The notes beneath the pieces were generated by a model, which had not been told where the DNA came from, made no database searches, and was given only the letters and a program-made list of their open reading frames with translations. From the NCBI GenBank assembly GCA_041742355.1, contig JBGSIV010000304.1:1-52497 (forward strand): DNA of 52,497 nt, in the 5' to 3' direction. Source of the DNA: Candidatus Zixiibacteriota bacterium (GTDB lineage: Bacteria > Zixibacteria > MSB-5A5 > GN15 > FEB-12). Every line of letters begins with the position of its first letter. Position 1 is the first letter of the stretch. The position numbers and the translations under genes are program-made. Of this stretch, positions 18,958 through 28,970 are shown one piece after another.

Positions 18958-21105
18958 ATGAGAAAACGTTGCGTTTTGCCGATGGCGCTCAGTCTGCTCA
19001 TGCTGTCTGTGGCGGCATCCGGGGCCGAGACCAATGCTCCACGCGCAGGACATGTTCGGCCTCCACTGGTTGTCGAATCGGGTACGCCGGGTGCTGACGT
19101 CCACTTGAATACCGAGGCGTTGCCGATCACAGAACTGGCCCGCACGATGCGAACGCACTATATCGAGGTGGTCGTGCAGGGAGATCTGGCCTTTGCCGCA
19201 GTTGCCGAGGCCATGGAAATGTTCGACATCGAAGATCCCCTGTCCCCGGTATCGCTTGCGGTTGTCCCGATTCCCGGTGACTGGACGCGAGGAGTGGCGG
19301 TCTTCGGAAACTATGCCTACTGCGTGTCGGGTCCGTCCGGGGCGGCCAGCCTGTACGCACTCGACGTCAGCGATCCTTCAAATCCATCCGTTGTCTGGTC
19401 GGAGTTGTGCGGGGTGTGGCCGGTCGCTGCGGACATTGAAGGGGATCATCTGTATATCGCCGACCGGGGTTTCGGTCTGCGCGTGTATAATCTGTCGATG
19501 CCGGCAGCGCCGGTTCTGGTGGGTGAACTGGCCGTGGCGACGGCGCCGCTCGACCTCGATGTTCGCGGAGACCTTTCGTATATCGCGGTGGCTCCGGGGG
19601 GGCTGCAGATTGTGAGTGTAGCCGATCCACAGTCGCCGGTTGCCGTGGGTAGCTTCAGTCCCTCCGGCTCCGGCTATGGCATCATGGTGGCCGATTCCGT
19701 TGCCTATCTGGCAAGCGACAACTTTGGGGTGTATATCGTTGGCATTGCCGATCCATCCAATCCCTACCAGCTCAGTCAGTATCAAACTCCCGGATATGCA
19801 CGGCAAACGGTGTTGCGGGACAGCCTCCTCTATGTGGCAGATGCCGGTCGCGGCGTGAGGATAGTGAATGTGAAGAATCCGGCATCGCCGGTTGAGCTGG
19901 GGCAGGTTGATACACCGGGCGAGACATTCGATCTGACTCTGGTTGGTCAAACGCTTTATGCGGCGGATCGCGAGGGGGGTATTGCGGTTGCCGATGTAAC
20001 CGATCCGAGTTCCCCGGCACTTCGCAAAGTGGTCGGCGAGGCGGGGGCTCCGGGCAAAGCCGTCTTCGACGGGAGATATGCTTTTGTGGCCTGCGGTATC
20101 GGCGGGTTGAAAATCGTCGACCTGCAGGATCGGCTAGCGCCGGTGGTCGTTGCACGGGTCCCGCTAGGGTGTGAAACGGCAGCATCAGTGCTGCTGCAGG
20201 ACACGTTGCTCTTTGCGGGCAGTTACACGGGGGGCATCTCGGAGGGATGCCTTGATATTATCAATGTGAAATCCCCCCAAAATCCGCTGGTTGTGGGATC
20301 AGCTCCGGCCGGGGTCTACATCGGCGACATGAGTCGTCGCGAGCAGTACCTGCTGGTGGCCGACGGAAACCTCTCGGTGTACGACGTTTCCGATCCGGCT
20401 GTTCCCGTGCGGGTGGGCGGCTACGACCTTTGGTACTCCAGCGTGCTGCTTCTTCACGGAGACTATGCCTACACAGATGAAGGAGTGTTCGACATCAGCG
20501 ACCCGACCGCGCCCGTTTACCTAATGCCGGGCTCCTGGGGGCTGACGACTACTGGATTCGCTGTGGTCGGCAATTTCCTTTACCGAACCGCGTATTTCAG
20601 CGAGGGTTTTGACGGCTACATTTACGTGTACGATATCGCGAATCCGGCGTCGCCCGTTACTGTAGCGAGTCTCTATGTGCCGCAGGAAGCGCATTGGATA
20701 TCCATCCTCGGGAACTCCGCCCTCGTGGGCTTGAGCAACAGGGTAATGGAATTGGACATAACCACGCCGGAGGCGCCCGATACAGTTGGAACGTGCTGGC
20801 CCTACCCGCTGGCCCGGCCCGGCTCTGATGGCGGTCTTCTTGTGGGAGGGAGCGGGTTATACGGCGGTGGTTACCTCGCTGTCTTGAGGATGGGAGATGT
20901 TGCCTGCGGCGACGTGAATGGCGACGGTTACGCGGGGAATGTCGCCGATCTCACCAGCCTGGTGAGCTTCCTGTTCCGGGGTGGATCTGAGCCGCCGAGC
21001 CTTTGGGCAGCGGACGTCACGGGAGATTCGCGCGTGAACGTTGCCGACATTACCTTCCTGGTTGGTTACCTTTTCAAGGGTGGCCCTGTTTCTGCCTGTT
21101 CATAG
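18958..21105 (+). CDS. LVIVD-repeat secreted protein with C-terminal dockerin-like domain
   Basis: Signal peptide; many YVAD...GL.IVDV.DP..P repeats; GDVNGDG...ADLTSLVSFLFRGG...ADVTGD. Confidence 0.88.
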   Translation: MRKRCVLPMALSLLMLSVAASGAETNAPRAGHVRPPLVVESGTPGADVHLNTEALPITELARTMRTHYIEVVVQGDLAFAAVAEAMEMFDIEDPLSPVSLAVVPIPGDWTRGVAVFGNYAYCVSGPSGAASLYALDVSDPSNPSVVWSELCGVWPVAADIEGDHLYIADRGFGLRVYNLSMPAAPVLVGELAVATAPLDLDVRGDLSYIAVAPGGLQIVSVADPQSPVAVGSFSPSGSGYGIMVADSVAYLASDNFGVYIVGIADPSNPYQLSQYQTPGYARQTVLRDSLLYVADAGRGVRIVNVKNPASPVELGQVDTPGETFDLTLVGQTLYAADREGGIAVADVTDPSSPALRKVVGEAGAPGKAVFDGRYAFVACGIGGLKIVDLQDRLAPVVVARVPLGCETAASVLLQDTLLFAGSYTGGISEGCLDIINVKSPQNPLVVGSAPAGVYIGDMSRREQYLLVADGNLSVYDVSDPAVPVRVGGYDLWYSSVLLLHGDYAYTDEGVFDISDPTAPVYLMPGSWGLTTTGFAVVGNFLYRTAYFSEGFDGYIYVYDIANPASPVTVASLYVPQEAHWISILGNSALVGLSNRVMELDITTPEAPDTVGTCWPYPLARPGSDGGLLVGGSGLYGGGYLAVLRMGDVACGDVNGDGYAGNVADLTSLVSFLFRGGSEPPSLWAADVTGDSRVNVADITFLVGYLFKGGPVSACS

Positions 21106-21154
21106 GAAAAAAAGCGGGCGGGGGGGGAAGAAAAGGGTGGCGGTGCGCCATTGC

Positions 21155-21172
21155 TTGTGTTATTTTTCACAA
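21155..21172. promoter_or_regulatory. Putative Rex-type operator TTGTGTT-N4-TTCACAA
   Basis: Matches TTGTGAA-N4-TTCACAA at 12/14 specified positions, palindrome extends to GCTTGTG...CACAAGC; about 70 nt upstream of the CoA-transferase. Confidence 0.55.
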
Positions 21173-21244
21173 GCTATCGCCAATTCCGGCCGATAGAGAG
21201 AGCAGGAATAGATGGTTGCAAGAAGATCCAGGCATATTGCAGGT

Positions 21245-22627
21245 ATGAAGTTAGCCAAAGTAGAAGACGTCATAAACGCCGCTCACCTGAAGCCGGGGAG
21301 TGTCGTATATGTGGCGGGCAATGCCGCCACGCCGCAGGTGCTGCTCGGACAGCTGGCAAAAGACCGGTCGATTCGTGATATCGACCTGTACGCGGTTCTT
21401 CCCTTGGGTGATCGGATCCAGGAGCTCTACAGCGAGGAACGGTGCCAGACGCTCACCCACCGCGTAATATTTAATAGCCATGTGACCCGGGAAGCGGTCA
21501 ACAAAGGCTGGGCGAAGTACCATCCGATGCACCTGCGGGAAATCCCGCGGACTATGTTGAATGTGGTCAAGCCGAATGTCGTCCTGTGTTCGGTGGCGGG
21601 ACCGGACAACGGCGGGCACTACAGCCTGGGCACGACGGTGGAAGGGACACTCGGGGCAATACGCTCCGCACAGCGGCAGGGAGGATTGATCATCGCGGAG
21701 CGCAACCAGAAGATGCCGTTCGTGATGGGCACGACGCTGCCGGAATCGGATATCGACTTCCTGATCGACTCGGACTACGACTTGCCGCGAAGCCCCTTCC
21801 GCCATGCCGACGAACGGGCAAAGCGGATCGGCGAGATCATTGCCGCGATGTACGTGCAGGATGGCTCCGGGGCCGAGCCGGGAACGACGCTCCAGTACGG
21901 GATCGGCGAGGTCCCCGAAGCGGTGACGGATGCGGTCATTCGCCGCGGGGTGAAGGACCTGGGAGTCCACACGGAGCTGCTGGCCGGGGCGATGATCCGG
22001 TTGATCCAGTCGGGGGCGGTGAGCAACCGGTGGAAACCGCGGGTGAACTTCGCAGTGTCGTCGATATTCCTGGGCGAGAGCCAGGAGCAGTACGATTGGC
22101 TGCACTACAACAGCGCGGTGCAAAGCCGCCCGAGCGACTACACCAACAGCGTGTTCCAGATTGCCGACCAGCCCCGGATGGTGTCGGTGAACAGCGCCCT
22201 TGGGGTGGATCTGCACGGGAACATCTGGGCCGATTCGCTCGATGCGCGGAAGATCTACAGCGGCGTCGGTGGCCAGGCGGATTTCATCCGCGGAGCGCAA
22301 TACTCCGAGGGCGGGGTGGCGATCATCGCGCTGAAGTCCACCACCAGTGACGGGATCTCGAAGATCTCTGACCGGTCGCCGTCGGGTATCACGACCACGG
22401 CAATTCCGGCCGACCAGGTGATCCTGGTGACCGAATACGGATCGTTCGACCCCCGGGGATTGAGCCTCGGCGAGCGGGCGGTGGGGATTGCACACCTGGC
22501 CGCGCCACAGGAGCGGGACAAGCTGCTTAAAATCATCCACGACAGCGGAGCCTTCCACAAGCCCGATGACGCGCTCCACCGCGGCGTACCCGGATTCACG
22601 CCCTACGAAAAGGCGATTGCCCGGTAA
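21245..22627 (+). CDS. Acetyl-CoA hydrolase/transferase family (4-hydroxybutyrate CoA-transferase-like)
   Basis: TLQYGIGEVP, LGVHTE, VNSALGVDLHG, YSGVGGQADFIRGA, VTEYG. Confidence 0.9.
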   Translation: MKLAKVEDVINAAHLKPGSVVYVAGNAATPQVLLGQLAKDRSIRDIDLYAVLPLGDRIQELYSEERCQTLTHRVIFNSHVTREAVNKGWAKYHPMHLREIPRTMLNVVKPNVVLCSVAGPDNGGHYSLGTTVEGTLGAIRSAQRQGGLIIAERNQKMPFVMGTTLPESDIDFLIDSDYDLPRSPFRHADERAKRIGEIIAAMYVQDGSGAEPGTTLQYGIGEVPEAVTDAVIRRGVKDLGVHTELLAGAMIRLIQSGAVSNRWKPRVNFAVSSIFLGESQEQYDWLHYNSAVQSRPSDYTNSVFQIADQPRMVSVNSALGVDLHGNIWADSLDARKIYSGVGGQADFIRGAQYSEGGVAIIALKSTTSDGISKISDRSPSGITTTAIPADQVILVTEYGSFDPRGLSLGERAVGIAHLAAPQERDKLLKIIHDSGAFHKPDDALHRGVPGFTPYEKAIAR

Positions 22628-22653
22628 TCGAAAATCTATTCCAGATTAGGTGA

Positions 22654-22693
22654 GGGCGGCCGGTGCCGTTTCTGCGGCGCCGGTCGTTCTTCT
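22654..22693 (+). terminator. Probable terminator
   Basis: GC-rich imperfect stem (GCGGCCGGTGCCG / CGGCGCCGGTCGT) followed by T-rich tail. Confidence 0.5.
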
Positions 22694-22842
22694 GTCGGAG
22701 ATCCCGAAGAAACGAGACCCACCCCGCTTCGCCGGCACCGCGGTCGCTGCACGGCTATCCCACCTTAAAGAATCGAAGGCCGCTCATTGGCTGTCCCCAT
22801 CCTCCGGGGGCCGCCCGGGTGTCTGAATGTGACAAATAGGAC

Positions 22843-22871
22843 TTGACCGCAGGGTAGTCAATGGGTATCTT
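22843..22871 (+). promoter_or_regulatory. Sigma70-like promoter
   Basis: TTGACC-17 nt-TATCTT upstream of the large secreted protein. Confidence 0.55.
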
Positions 22872-23042
22872 AATACGGATACATTCAACCATGATGTGTT
22901 TTTCGCACCGTTGCTGGTCATCATCGTTACGCAGGATTTCGATGTCTGACTTCAGAACAGTATCCGCCGAAGTCGTTTGTCAGGAAATGTAGTTCTACGT
23001 CTACAATCGCATCACACATCAAATGTTCGTGGAGGAGGTATG

Positions 23043-25778
23043 ATGAAGCCGTGCCTGTTCCGAGCGGCCGGATTTTGCCTGGTAGTGGCGCTGCTGGTTG
23101 GACCGGCAGTCGCCGACTGGGTTCCCGCCGACGGCCACAAGATGCATTTCCCCCAGCTTCCGGATGAAGCGGGATGGGATGTAAACGCGACGCAGCCGCT
23201 GGTGCTTGCCGATGACTGGCAATGCAGCGAGACCGGCTGGGTGAAGGACGTCCACTTCTGGGGATCCTGGAAGCACGGAGTGGAGGGGCAAATTGTCGCG
23301 TTTGTCTTAAGCATTCACGCCGATATTCCCGCCGAGCAGAGCCCGACCGGGCACAGCATGCCGGGGGAGACCTTGTGGGAGCGGGAGGTGACGCAGTTCG
23401 TGGCGCAGCCGATCGACCCCCCGTCAATGGAGGGGTGGTACGATCCCATGTCGGGTGAAGTGCTGTACAACGATCACCAGGCGTACTTTCAGTACAACGT
23501 CTTCCTGCCGGAACAGGATTGGTTCTGGCAGGAGCAGGGCACGATCTACTGGCTGAACATCTCGGCGATCGTGGCCGACCCGGTAAACACCGTCTGGGGG
23601 TGGAAGTCCACCACCGATCACTGGAATGACGACGCAGTCTGGGCGACCTGGGGGAACCTGGCCTGGGTTGACATGTGGGAGCCGGCGCTACCGAAGACAA
23701 ACAACTTCTGGATCACAGTCGATCCGGCCGGCCAGTTCGTGACCGGCAGTGGAACCGGTGCATACGGTTCGGGTTGGTACTACTACCCGCAGACGAACTG
23801 GTACACCATCTGGTTCTACGACGATCCGTTCGACTCGACGCGCAAGAAAGAGATGTACATCGAGTTCACCGTAGGCAAGTTCGATCCGGCTCTGCCGAGC
23901 CAGGTGACGATCGCGGCCAACTGGTCGACACCGGAATGGTCGGCGGAGGGGGATGACGGTCCGCCATTGCCGGGAACCGACGAGAACCGCTACATTGTCC
24001 GCCAGATTCTGCTCAGCGCACCTGATCTTCAGGGCCACTTCACCTTCGAATTCGACGTCAACGACTATAATCCGGAATGGGTCTCGATCGATGTGCAGGG
24101 ATTCAACTTCCAGATGCTGGAAGGAGAGCCGAACCTCATCCAGCATACCTGTATGGGATCACTCGACCTGTCGTTCGTCATCACGGGGGATCCGGGCGGT
24201 TCCAGCGATACCTGCAGCTACTACAAGTCACCGTACAAGGACTACGCCCCCTCGGGCATGCCGGACTTCGACCAGAAGCAGGTTCACTGGAAAGATCCCC
24301 AGACTCTGCAGTGGAGCCACTGCGGGCCGGTGGCCCTGGCGAACTGCTTCTGGTGGTTCGACTCAAAGTTCGAGCCGAACCCGATCGATCCCCGACCGTT
24401 CATGCCGAGTGCGATAGCGCCGCCGCCCAACGACAACTACCCGCTCGTGGGCACATACCCCGCGCCGGGCCTGTGGGATGATCACGACACGAATAACGTC
24501 GTGCCGTTTGTCGATTCGCTGGCGCTGTATGCGCAAACCAACGTGGGGATCAGCGGCACCAATGTCGCCAACCTCGCCAACGGCGCGCAGAACTGGCTGA
24601 ACAAGCTCGGCCTGGGGACACAGTACACGGTCCAGGTCGTTCCGCTCGATCCCGGCTTCCCCTACGAGTTCATCCGGGACCAGGTGCTCGAGAGTCAGGA
24701 TGTGATCCTGCTGATCGGGTTCTGGCAGGAGATGCAGACCGGGATGTGCGAACGCATCGGCGGGCACTATGTGACCGTGGCGGGCACGTGTCCCGATCCG
24801 CTCGATTCGGCCTTCTGCATCTCTGACCCATACTTCGACCGGAACGAAGGCGAGCCGCCCGCAGGATCGGCGCACGCCGCCGGCGTGCACAACGATGCGG
24901 CCAACGTGTCCGGCCCGCACGGGACGATTCACCACGACCGGTACGACGTTGTTCCCACTGCCTGCCAGAATCTGGTCGGCGGGTTGCCGTTCCAGATGGA
25001 ACTGGCCGGATACCCGGTCGGTGTGGCCGATATCGGGCCGTTCTACGGGCAGAACATCTTTAACCTGTCGACGCCGCCGGTACTGCCCCAGCCGGGTCTG
25101 CCCATCCACGCCGTGCTCGAATGGGCCATCATTATCTGTCCGACTGCCCAGTCGCAGGTCGACACGGTGAAGTGCGAGCCGCAGGGCGGCGTCAATCCCA
25201 GCCATGCGCCGACGTACTGGTACGATGTCACCCCGGGCGGCGCAACCCCTCTGTACGACTTCCACGTGAAGGTGCAGGACAGCATCGCCGTGTACTTCCA
25301 GAACGTCACCGCTCCGGCCGGCTGGACGCACGGCCTGCATAAGGTCGGCTCCGACTGGTGGTACTCGTGGTGGGATCCGACCGGTACCATCCCGCTCGCC
25401 GGGACGTTCCGCTTCAAGTTCGATAACATCAACAATTCTGCTTGGAGCGATTGGGTTACCACAAGCGCCGGGTCGAACAACCCGACGGCTGGCGTGGTCG
25501 ACCTGTCGGGCAACCACGGAACCGACCCGGATGGCTACGGCTACCGGGTGCACGTGCCACACCTGTGCTGCGTGACCCGGGGAGATGCGACCCACGATGG
25601 CGCGGTCATCGTGAGCGACCTGACTTTCCTTGTGAATTACCTCTTCAAGGGAGGCCCCGCACCGATCTGTCCCTCCGAGGCGGATACGAACGGCGACGGT
25701 AAGGTCATTGTGTCGGATCTGACTTACCTGGTGAACTACCTGTTCAAGGGCGGGCCGGCACCGGTGCCCTGTCCATAG
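23043..25778 (+). CDS. Large secreted multidomain protein with papain-like (C39-like) peptidase motifs and C-terminal dockerin-like domain
   Basis: RBS GGAGGAGG (start 23040 or 23043); signal peptide; SHCGPVALANC, GGHYVTVAG and ISDPY give a Cys/His/Asp arrangement; two dockerin-like repeats at the end. Confidence 0.7.
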   Translation: MKPCLFRAAGFCLVVALLVGPAVADWVPADGHKMHFPQLPDEAGWDVNATQPLVLADDWQCSETGWVKDVHFWGSWKHGVEGQIVAFVLSIHADIPAEQSPTGHSMPGETLWEREVTQFVAQPIDPPSMEGWYDPMSGEVLYNDHQAYFQYNVFLPEQDWFWQEQGTIYWLNISAIVADPVNTVWGWKSTTDHWNDDAVWATWGNLAWVDMWEPALPKTNNFWITVDPAGQFVTGSGTGAYGSGWYYYPQTNWYTIWFYDDPFDSTRKKEMYIEFTVGKFDPALPSQVTIAANWSTPEWSAEGDDGPPLPGTDENRYIVRQILLSAPDLQGHFTFEFDVNDYNPEWVSIDVQGFNFQMLEGEPNLIQHTCMGSLDLSFVITGDPGGSSDTCSYYKSPYKDYAPSGMPDFDQKQVHWKDPQTLQWSHCGPVALANCFWWFDSKFEPNPIDPRPFMPSAIAPPPNDNYPLVGTYPAPGLWDDHDTNNVVPFVDSLALYAQTNVGISGTNVANLANGAQNWLNKLGLGTQYTVQVVPLDPGFPYEFIRDQVLESQDVILLIGFWQEMQTGMCERIGGHYVTVAGTCPDPLDSAFCISDPYFDRNEGEPPAGSAHAAGVHNDAANVSGPHGTIHHDRYDVVPTACQNLVGGLPFQMELAGYPVGVADIGPFYGQNIFNLSTPPVLPQPGLPIHAVLEWAIIICPTAQSQVDTVKCEPQGGVNPSHAPTYWYDVTPGGATPLYDFHVKVQDSIAVYFQNVTAPAGWTHGLHKVGSDWWYSWWDPTGTIPLAGTFRFKFDNINNSAWSDWVTTSAGSNNPTAGVVDLSGNHGTDPDGYGYRVHVPHLCCVTRGDATHDGAVIVSDLTFLVNYLFKGGPAPICPSEADTNGDGKVIVSDLTYLVNYLFKGGPAPVPCP

Positions 25779-25813
25779 CCTGTCGAAAAGGGGTACCGCT
25801 CGCGCGATACGAA

Positions 25814-25844
25814 GACGCCCGCTACACGTCGTGTAGCGGGCGTC
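25814..25844. terminator. Perfect hairpin between convergent genes
   Basis: GACGCCCGCTACAC-gtc-GTGTAGCGGGCGTC, 14-bp inverted repeat. Confidence 0.7.
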
Positions 25845-25870
25845 ATGCCGTTACGCTTGGAGCGAGCGGC

Positions 25871-26362
25871 TCAGGGTCCGCCCTGATCACGGCCGCCGTA
25901 AAAAGGCCCGATGATGTTCGACGTTATCCAACCGCCGAACTGATCGCTCGGCTCCGGTTTCGCCCGTTCGTCGTCGACATAGCATCCGTCCATCTTGCCC
26001 GGATAGAATGCGACGTGATCCTTGATATCTTCGAAGCCGGGTTGCGGTTCCGGGTATGCCCAGGCGGCACACCGGGCGTGTTTCTGACCGGCGATAACAT
26101 CGTAGAATCGGGCCAGCCCCTTGTCACCGCACTGGGTAGTGCGGGGTACGTCCCAGAGTACACCGGGGCGGATATCGGCGCTGGGGATGTAGTAGACGGG
26201 CGGATGGCCCCGTTCGATCACGCGCTTGGCCCGGGTGGTATCGGCGACGACCTCGTCGCCGAGCATGACCTGGATGCGGCAGTACGTAGGTTCGACGCGC
26301 GGCGAACGGGGAAATTCCTGGGCTGACTCTCGGCGGTGAGGATATTTGTCCGCGTGTGTCAT
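25871..26362 (-). CDS. DUF427 family protein
   Basis: ERGHPPVYYIP, C..KG.A..YD, AAWAYPEP, HVAFYP, GGWIT; ATG at 26362 with GAGGT upstream. Confidence 0.85.
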   Translation of the reverse strand: MTHADKYPHRRESAQEFPRSPRVEPTYCRIQVMLGDEVVADTTRAKRVIERGHPPVYYIPSADIRPGVLWDVPRTTQCGDKGLARFYDVIAGQKHARCAAWAYPEPQPGFEDIKDHVAFYPGKMDGCYVDDERAKPEPSDQFGGWITSNIIGPFYGGRDQGGP

Positions 26363-26480
26363 AGTGTACCTCACTTTCCTGTGCAACATGGAAACCGGAT
26401 GCGGTCTCATCCGGTCTCCCTACTCTCAAACATTGGCGGGTAAGTTCGGGTTCACCGGGTTGCGGGAAAGCGACCGCAAG

Positions 26481-26510
26481 AAAACCCACCGGGCTATCCC
26501 GGTGGGTTTT
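26481..26510. terminator. Terminator downstream of the cytochrome operon
   Basis: AAAACCCACCGGG-ctat-CCCGGTGGGTTTT. Confidence 0.8.
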
Positions 26511-26541
26511 TCGGACAGTGATCTGTCAATCGCTGAATTAG

Positions 26542-27708
26542 TTAGTGCCCCTGGGCGCGAGCCGGCTTAGTGTACACGCCGGGGGGCGCATCCTTGTGCG
26601 TCCGACCGTCATCGTGACAGCTCGAGCAGTCCGGAGTCTCATCGTAGGCCAGGTCAATATGGCACGACTCGCAATCGAACTCGGTGTGGGCCTCATCCAG
26701 ACGCAGGCCCGTAATCACATGGCTGAAATTCCCGGGTTTCCAGCCGGCGTGACAGGCGACGCACTCGCGGCTGATCGTGCTGATGCGTTTGCCCGTCGGA
26801 TGGCAGGCCCGACAGTGGAGATCCCGGTGATGACCGGTGAGCGCCCAACCGGTGACTTCATGCGAGAAGCCCGGCCGCTCCTTGGTGTCGTGGCAGCGCT
26901 CGCAGGCATCGGCCTTGTGGCAGTCATTGCAGATCGCGTGAACCTCCTCCTGTGACTTGGCGAACCGGGTCGGTTCCTCCAGATCGTGGCAGTAACTGCA
27001 GTTCTCTTCCTTGTGGCAGCTCGCGCAGCTGAGGTCGAACATCTCGATGTGTTCCTTGTGGTGGAACGTCACGATCGGCCCCTTGCTGTACGGCGTGGTG
27101 TACACCTTCTTCTGCGGCTCGGTGACCAGCGGGTGGGAGATACCGATGATATCAGTCGAGTCGGTCATCGTGGTCTCAAGACTGCTCAGGTCGGAGGGAA
27201 GGTGGCAGACGACGCACTTGGTGTCATGGCTCCACTCGCGATGGCATGAAAGGCACTGCCGATGGTAGGCCCCTTTCAGGCTGGGCTGGCGGAGGTTGGC
27301 GTTCGAGTTGCTCCCGTTGTGGCACTCGCCGCACGGAGGAATTCGACCGGGCGGGCTGAAGTGATGGCAGGTGGCGCAGTCGTTCCCCATCTTGGCCATG
27401 GAGGCATGGAGCTTGTGGTTGAACGTCACCGGACGGTATTGAGACGTCAGTTTGTCCAACAGCATCGTATCCGGCGCCTCGGTGAGTTGGTGCTTCGACG
27501 TCATGTGGGTCATGGTGTGCGACGGGCACGGCTTCAGGCAGGGGTTGCCCGGCCGGGGCTCCTCGCACGTGTGGCACGAAGTGCAGTTCAGGTTGGTGGC
27601 ATCGGACACCGGATCGTGCAGTTTGCTCTGTGCCGCGGCGGCAGCAGGCAGAAACCACAGGCCGATGCCCAGCAGGCCAACGAGTAGGCGAGAGGTGTAA
27701 TTCATCAC
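26542..27708 (-). CDS. Periplasmic multiheme cytochrome c (c3-type domains, 13 CxxCH)
   Basis: Signal peptide; 13 CxxCH counted; c3-type V.F.H..H motifs and LKGAYHRQCLSCH. Confidence 0.9.
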   Translation of the reverse strand: MMNYTSRLLVGLLGIGLWFLPAAAAAQSKLHDPVSDATNLNCTSCHTCEEPRPGNPCLKPCPSHTMTHMTSKHQLTEAPDTMLLDKLTSQYRPVTFNHKLHASMAKMGNDCATCHHFSPPGRIPPCGECHNGSNSNANLRQPSLKGAYHRQCLSCHREWSHDTKCVVCHLPSDLSSLETTMTDSTDIIGISHPLVTEPQKKVYTTPYSKGPIVTFHHKEHIEMFDLSCASCHKEENCSYCHDLEEPTRFAKSQEEVHAICNDCHKADACERCHDTKERPGFSHEVTGWALTGHHRDLHCRACHPTGKRISTISRECVACHAGWKPGNFSHVITGLRLDEAHTEFDCESCHIDLAYDETPDCSSCHDDGRTHKDAPPGVYTKPARAQGH

Positions 27709-28970
27709 TTGGCTCCTGACATGTCGGCGCGGATACCATTGGCGGCCCGTTCATGGGCGGGGATGCTCTCGATCGGGACGGAGATGATCGGGAAGACGGT
27801 GACGATCCAGCGGTAGACGAGAACGAGAGCGCTGATCAGCCCGGCCGTGACTAGGATCTCAAAGACCGACGGAAAGTACCCGCCGTTATCGTACAGCGGC
27901 GTGTAACCAATGAGGAAGACGTTGATACGGTTAAGGGCGACGCCGCCGATTGTCAGGGAGGCGGCGGTGAACAGCCACGCCACCGAATGGCGGCGCGTAG
28001 CGCTTGCCAGAATAACGATCGGGGCGAAAACGCCGAGGAGGATCTCCGCCAGCCAGAAGAAGGACTCGGTCGAGAAGGCCCAGACAAAGGGCCAGGCCTC
28101 GCGCAGGGTAATGTCGCTGAGCTTCAGGCCGAGGTAGACACCCAGCAGGATCGGGGTGTACCTGGCGATGGACGAGAGGATGCGCAGTTCCGGCTGGAGC
28201 TTGAACGAGCGGCTTGCGAGGATCGATTCGAAAATGACCGTCGGAAAGCCGACCGAGATCGCGGAGAGCAGGAAGAGCAGCGGAGAGATCGGCGTGTACC
28301 AGAGCGGGTGGAGCTTTGTCGGGGCGATCACCATGAGGGTGCCCAGCGACGACTGGTGGAGGCAGGACAGCACGACCCCGGCGATAATAAACAGGGAGAT
28401 GAAGCGGCCGAGGTACTTGTGGGCCAGCTCGAGCCAGGACTCGAAAAAGCGGTTGAGGGACGCCAGCGGGCCGGGCAGGCGGACACGGCCGCGAAATCGC
28501 TCCACGACGACAGGAAGAAACTCGATGTAGAGCACGCTCAGGTACACCATCACGCACATGCCGACTTCAAACAGCACCGAATTGCCCTGCCACATGGACG
28601 GGAGCATCGGGTGCCAGACATTGTAGTAGCGGCCGAGGTCGGCCAGAAGGCCGATGACGACGAACGTATAGCCGAGCATTGCCGTCAGCAGAGCCGGCCG
28701 GGTGATGGCGTGGTACTCCTCCTTGTGGAAGATATCGGCCAGGGCGGCGGTCGTGAAGCCACCGGCCGCGAGGGCGACGCCCGAGGCGACGTCGATGGCG
28801 ATCCAGATGCCCCAGGGATACTGGTCATTCAAGTTGGTGGCTGCCCCGATGCCGGCAATCAGGCGGTAGGCATAGGAGGCCAGGCCCAGGAGCATGATCC
28901 CGAAGAGAACCTTCGTTCCGGTCGTGAAGAACTTGGTCCGCATCGGGATGGCAACTTCATGATGATTCAT
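27705..28970 (-). CDS. NrfD/PsrC-family membrane subunit (HybB/HmcC-like)
   Basis: TNLNDQYPWGIWI, GVALAAGGF, DLGRY, SVLFEV, HQSSLG; about 10 TM segments. Confidence 0.9.
   Translation of the reverse strand: MNHHEVAIPMRTKFFTTGTKVLFGIMLLGLASYAYRLIAGIGAATNLNDQYPWGIWIAIDVASGVALAAGGFTTAALADIFHKEEYHAITRPALLTAMLGYTFVVIGLLADLGRYYNVWHPMLPSMWQGNSVLFEVGMCVMVYLSVLYIEFLPVVVERFRGRVRLPGPLASLNRFFESWLELAHKYLGRFISLFIIAGVVLSCLHQSSLGTLMVIAPTKLHPLWYTPISPLLFLLSAISVGFPTVIFESILASRSFKLQPELRILSSIARYTPILLGVYLGLKLSDITLREAWPFVWAFSTESFFWLAEILLGVFAPIVILASATRRHSVAWLFTAASLTIGGVALNRINVFLIGYTPLYDNGGYFPSVFEILVTAGLISALVLVYRWIVTVFPIISVPIESIPAHERAANGIRADMSGAK

Noticed and set aside
21251..22579. Long antisense ORFs (also 24363-25595, 27987-29081, 35094-36242, 41041-42063, 42153-43502)
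   Set aside because: They lie opposite well-supported genes and have no motifs; typical high-GC shadows.
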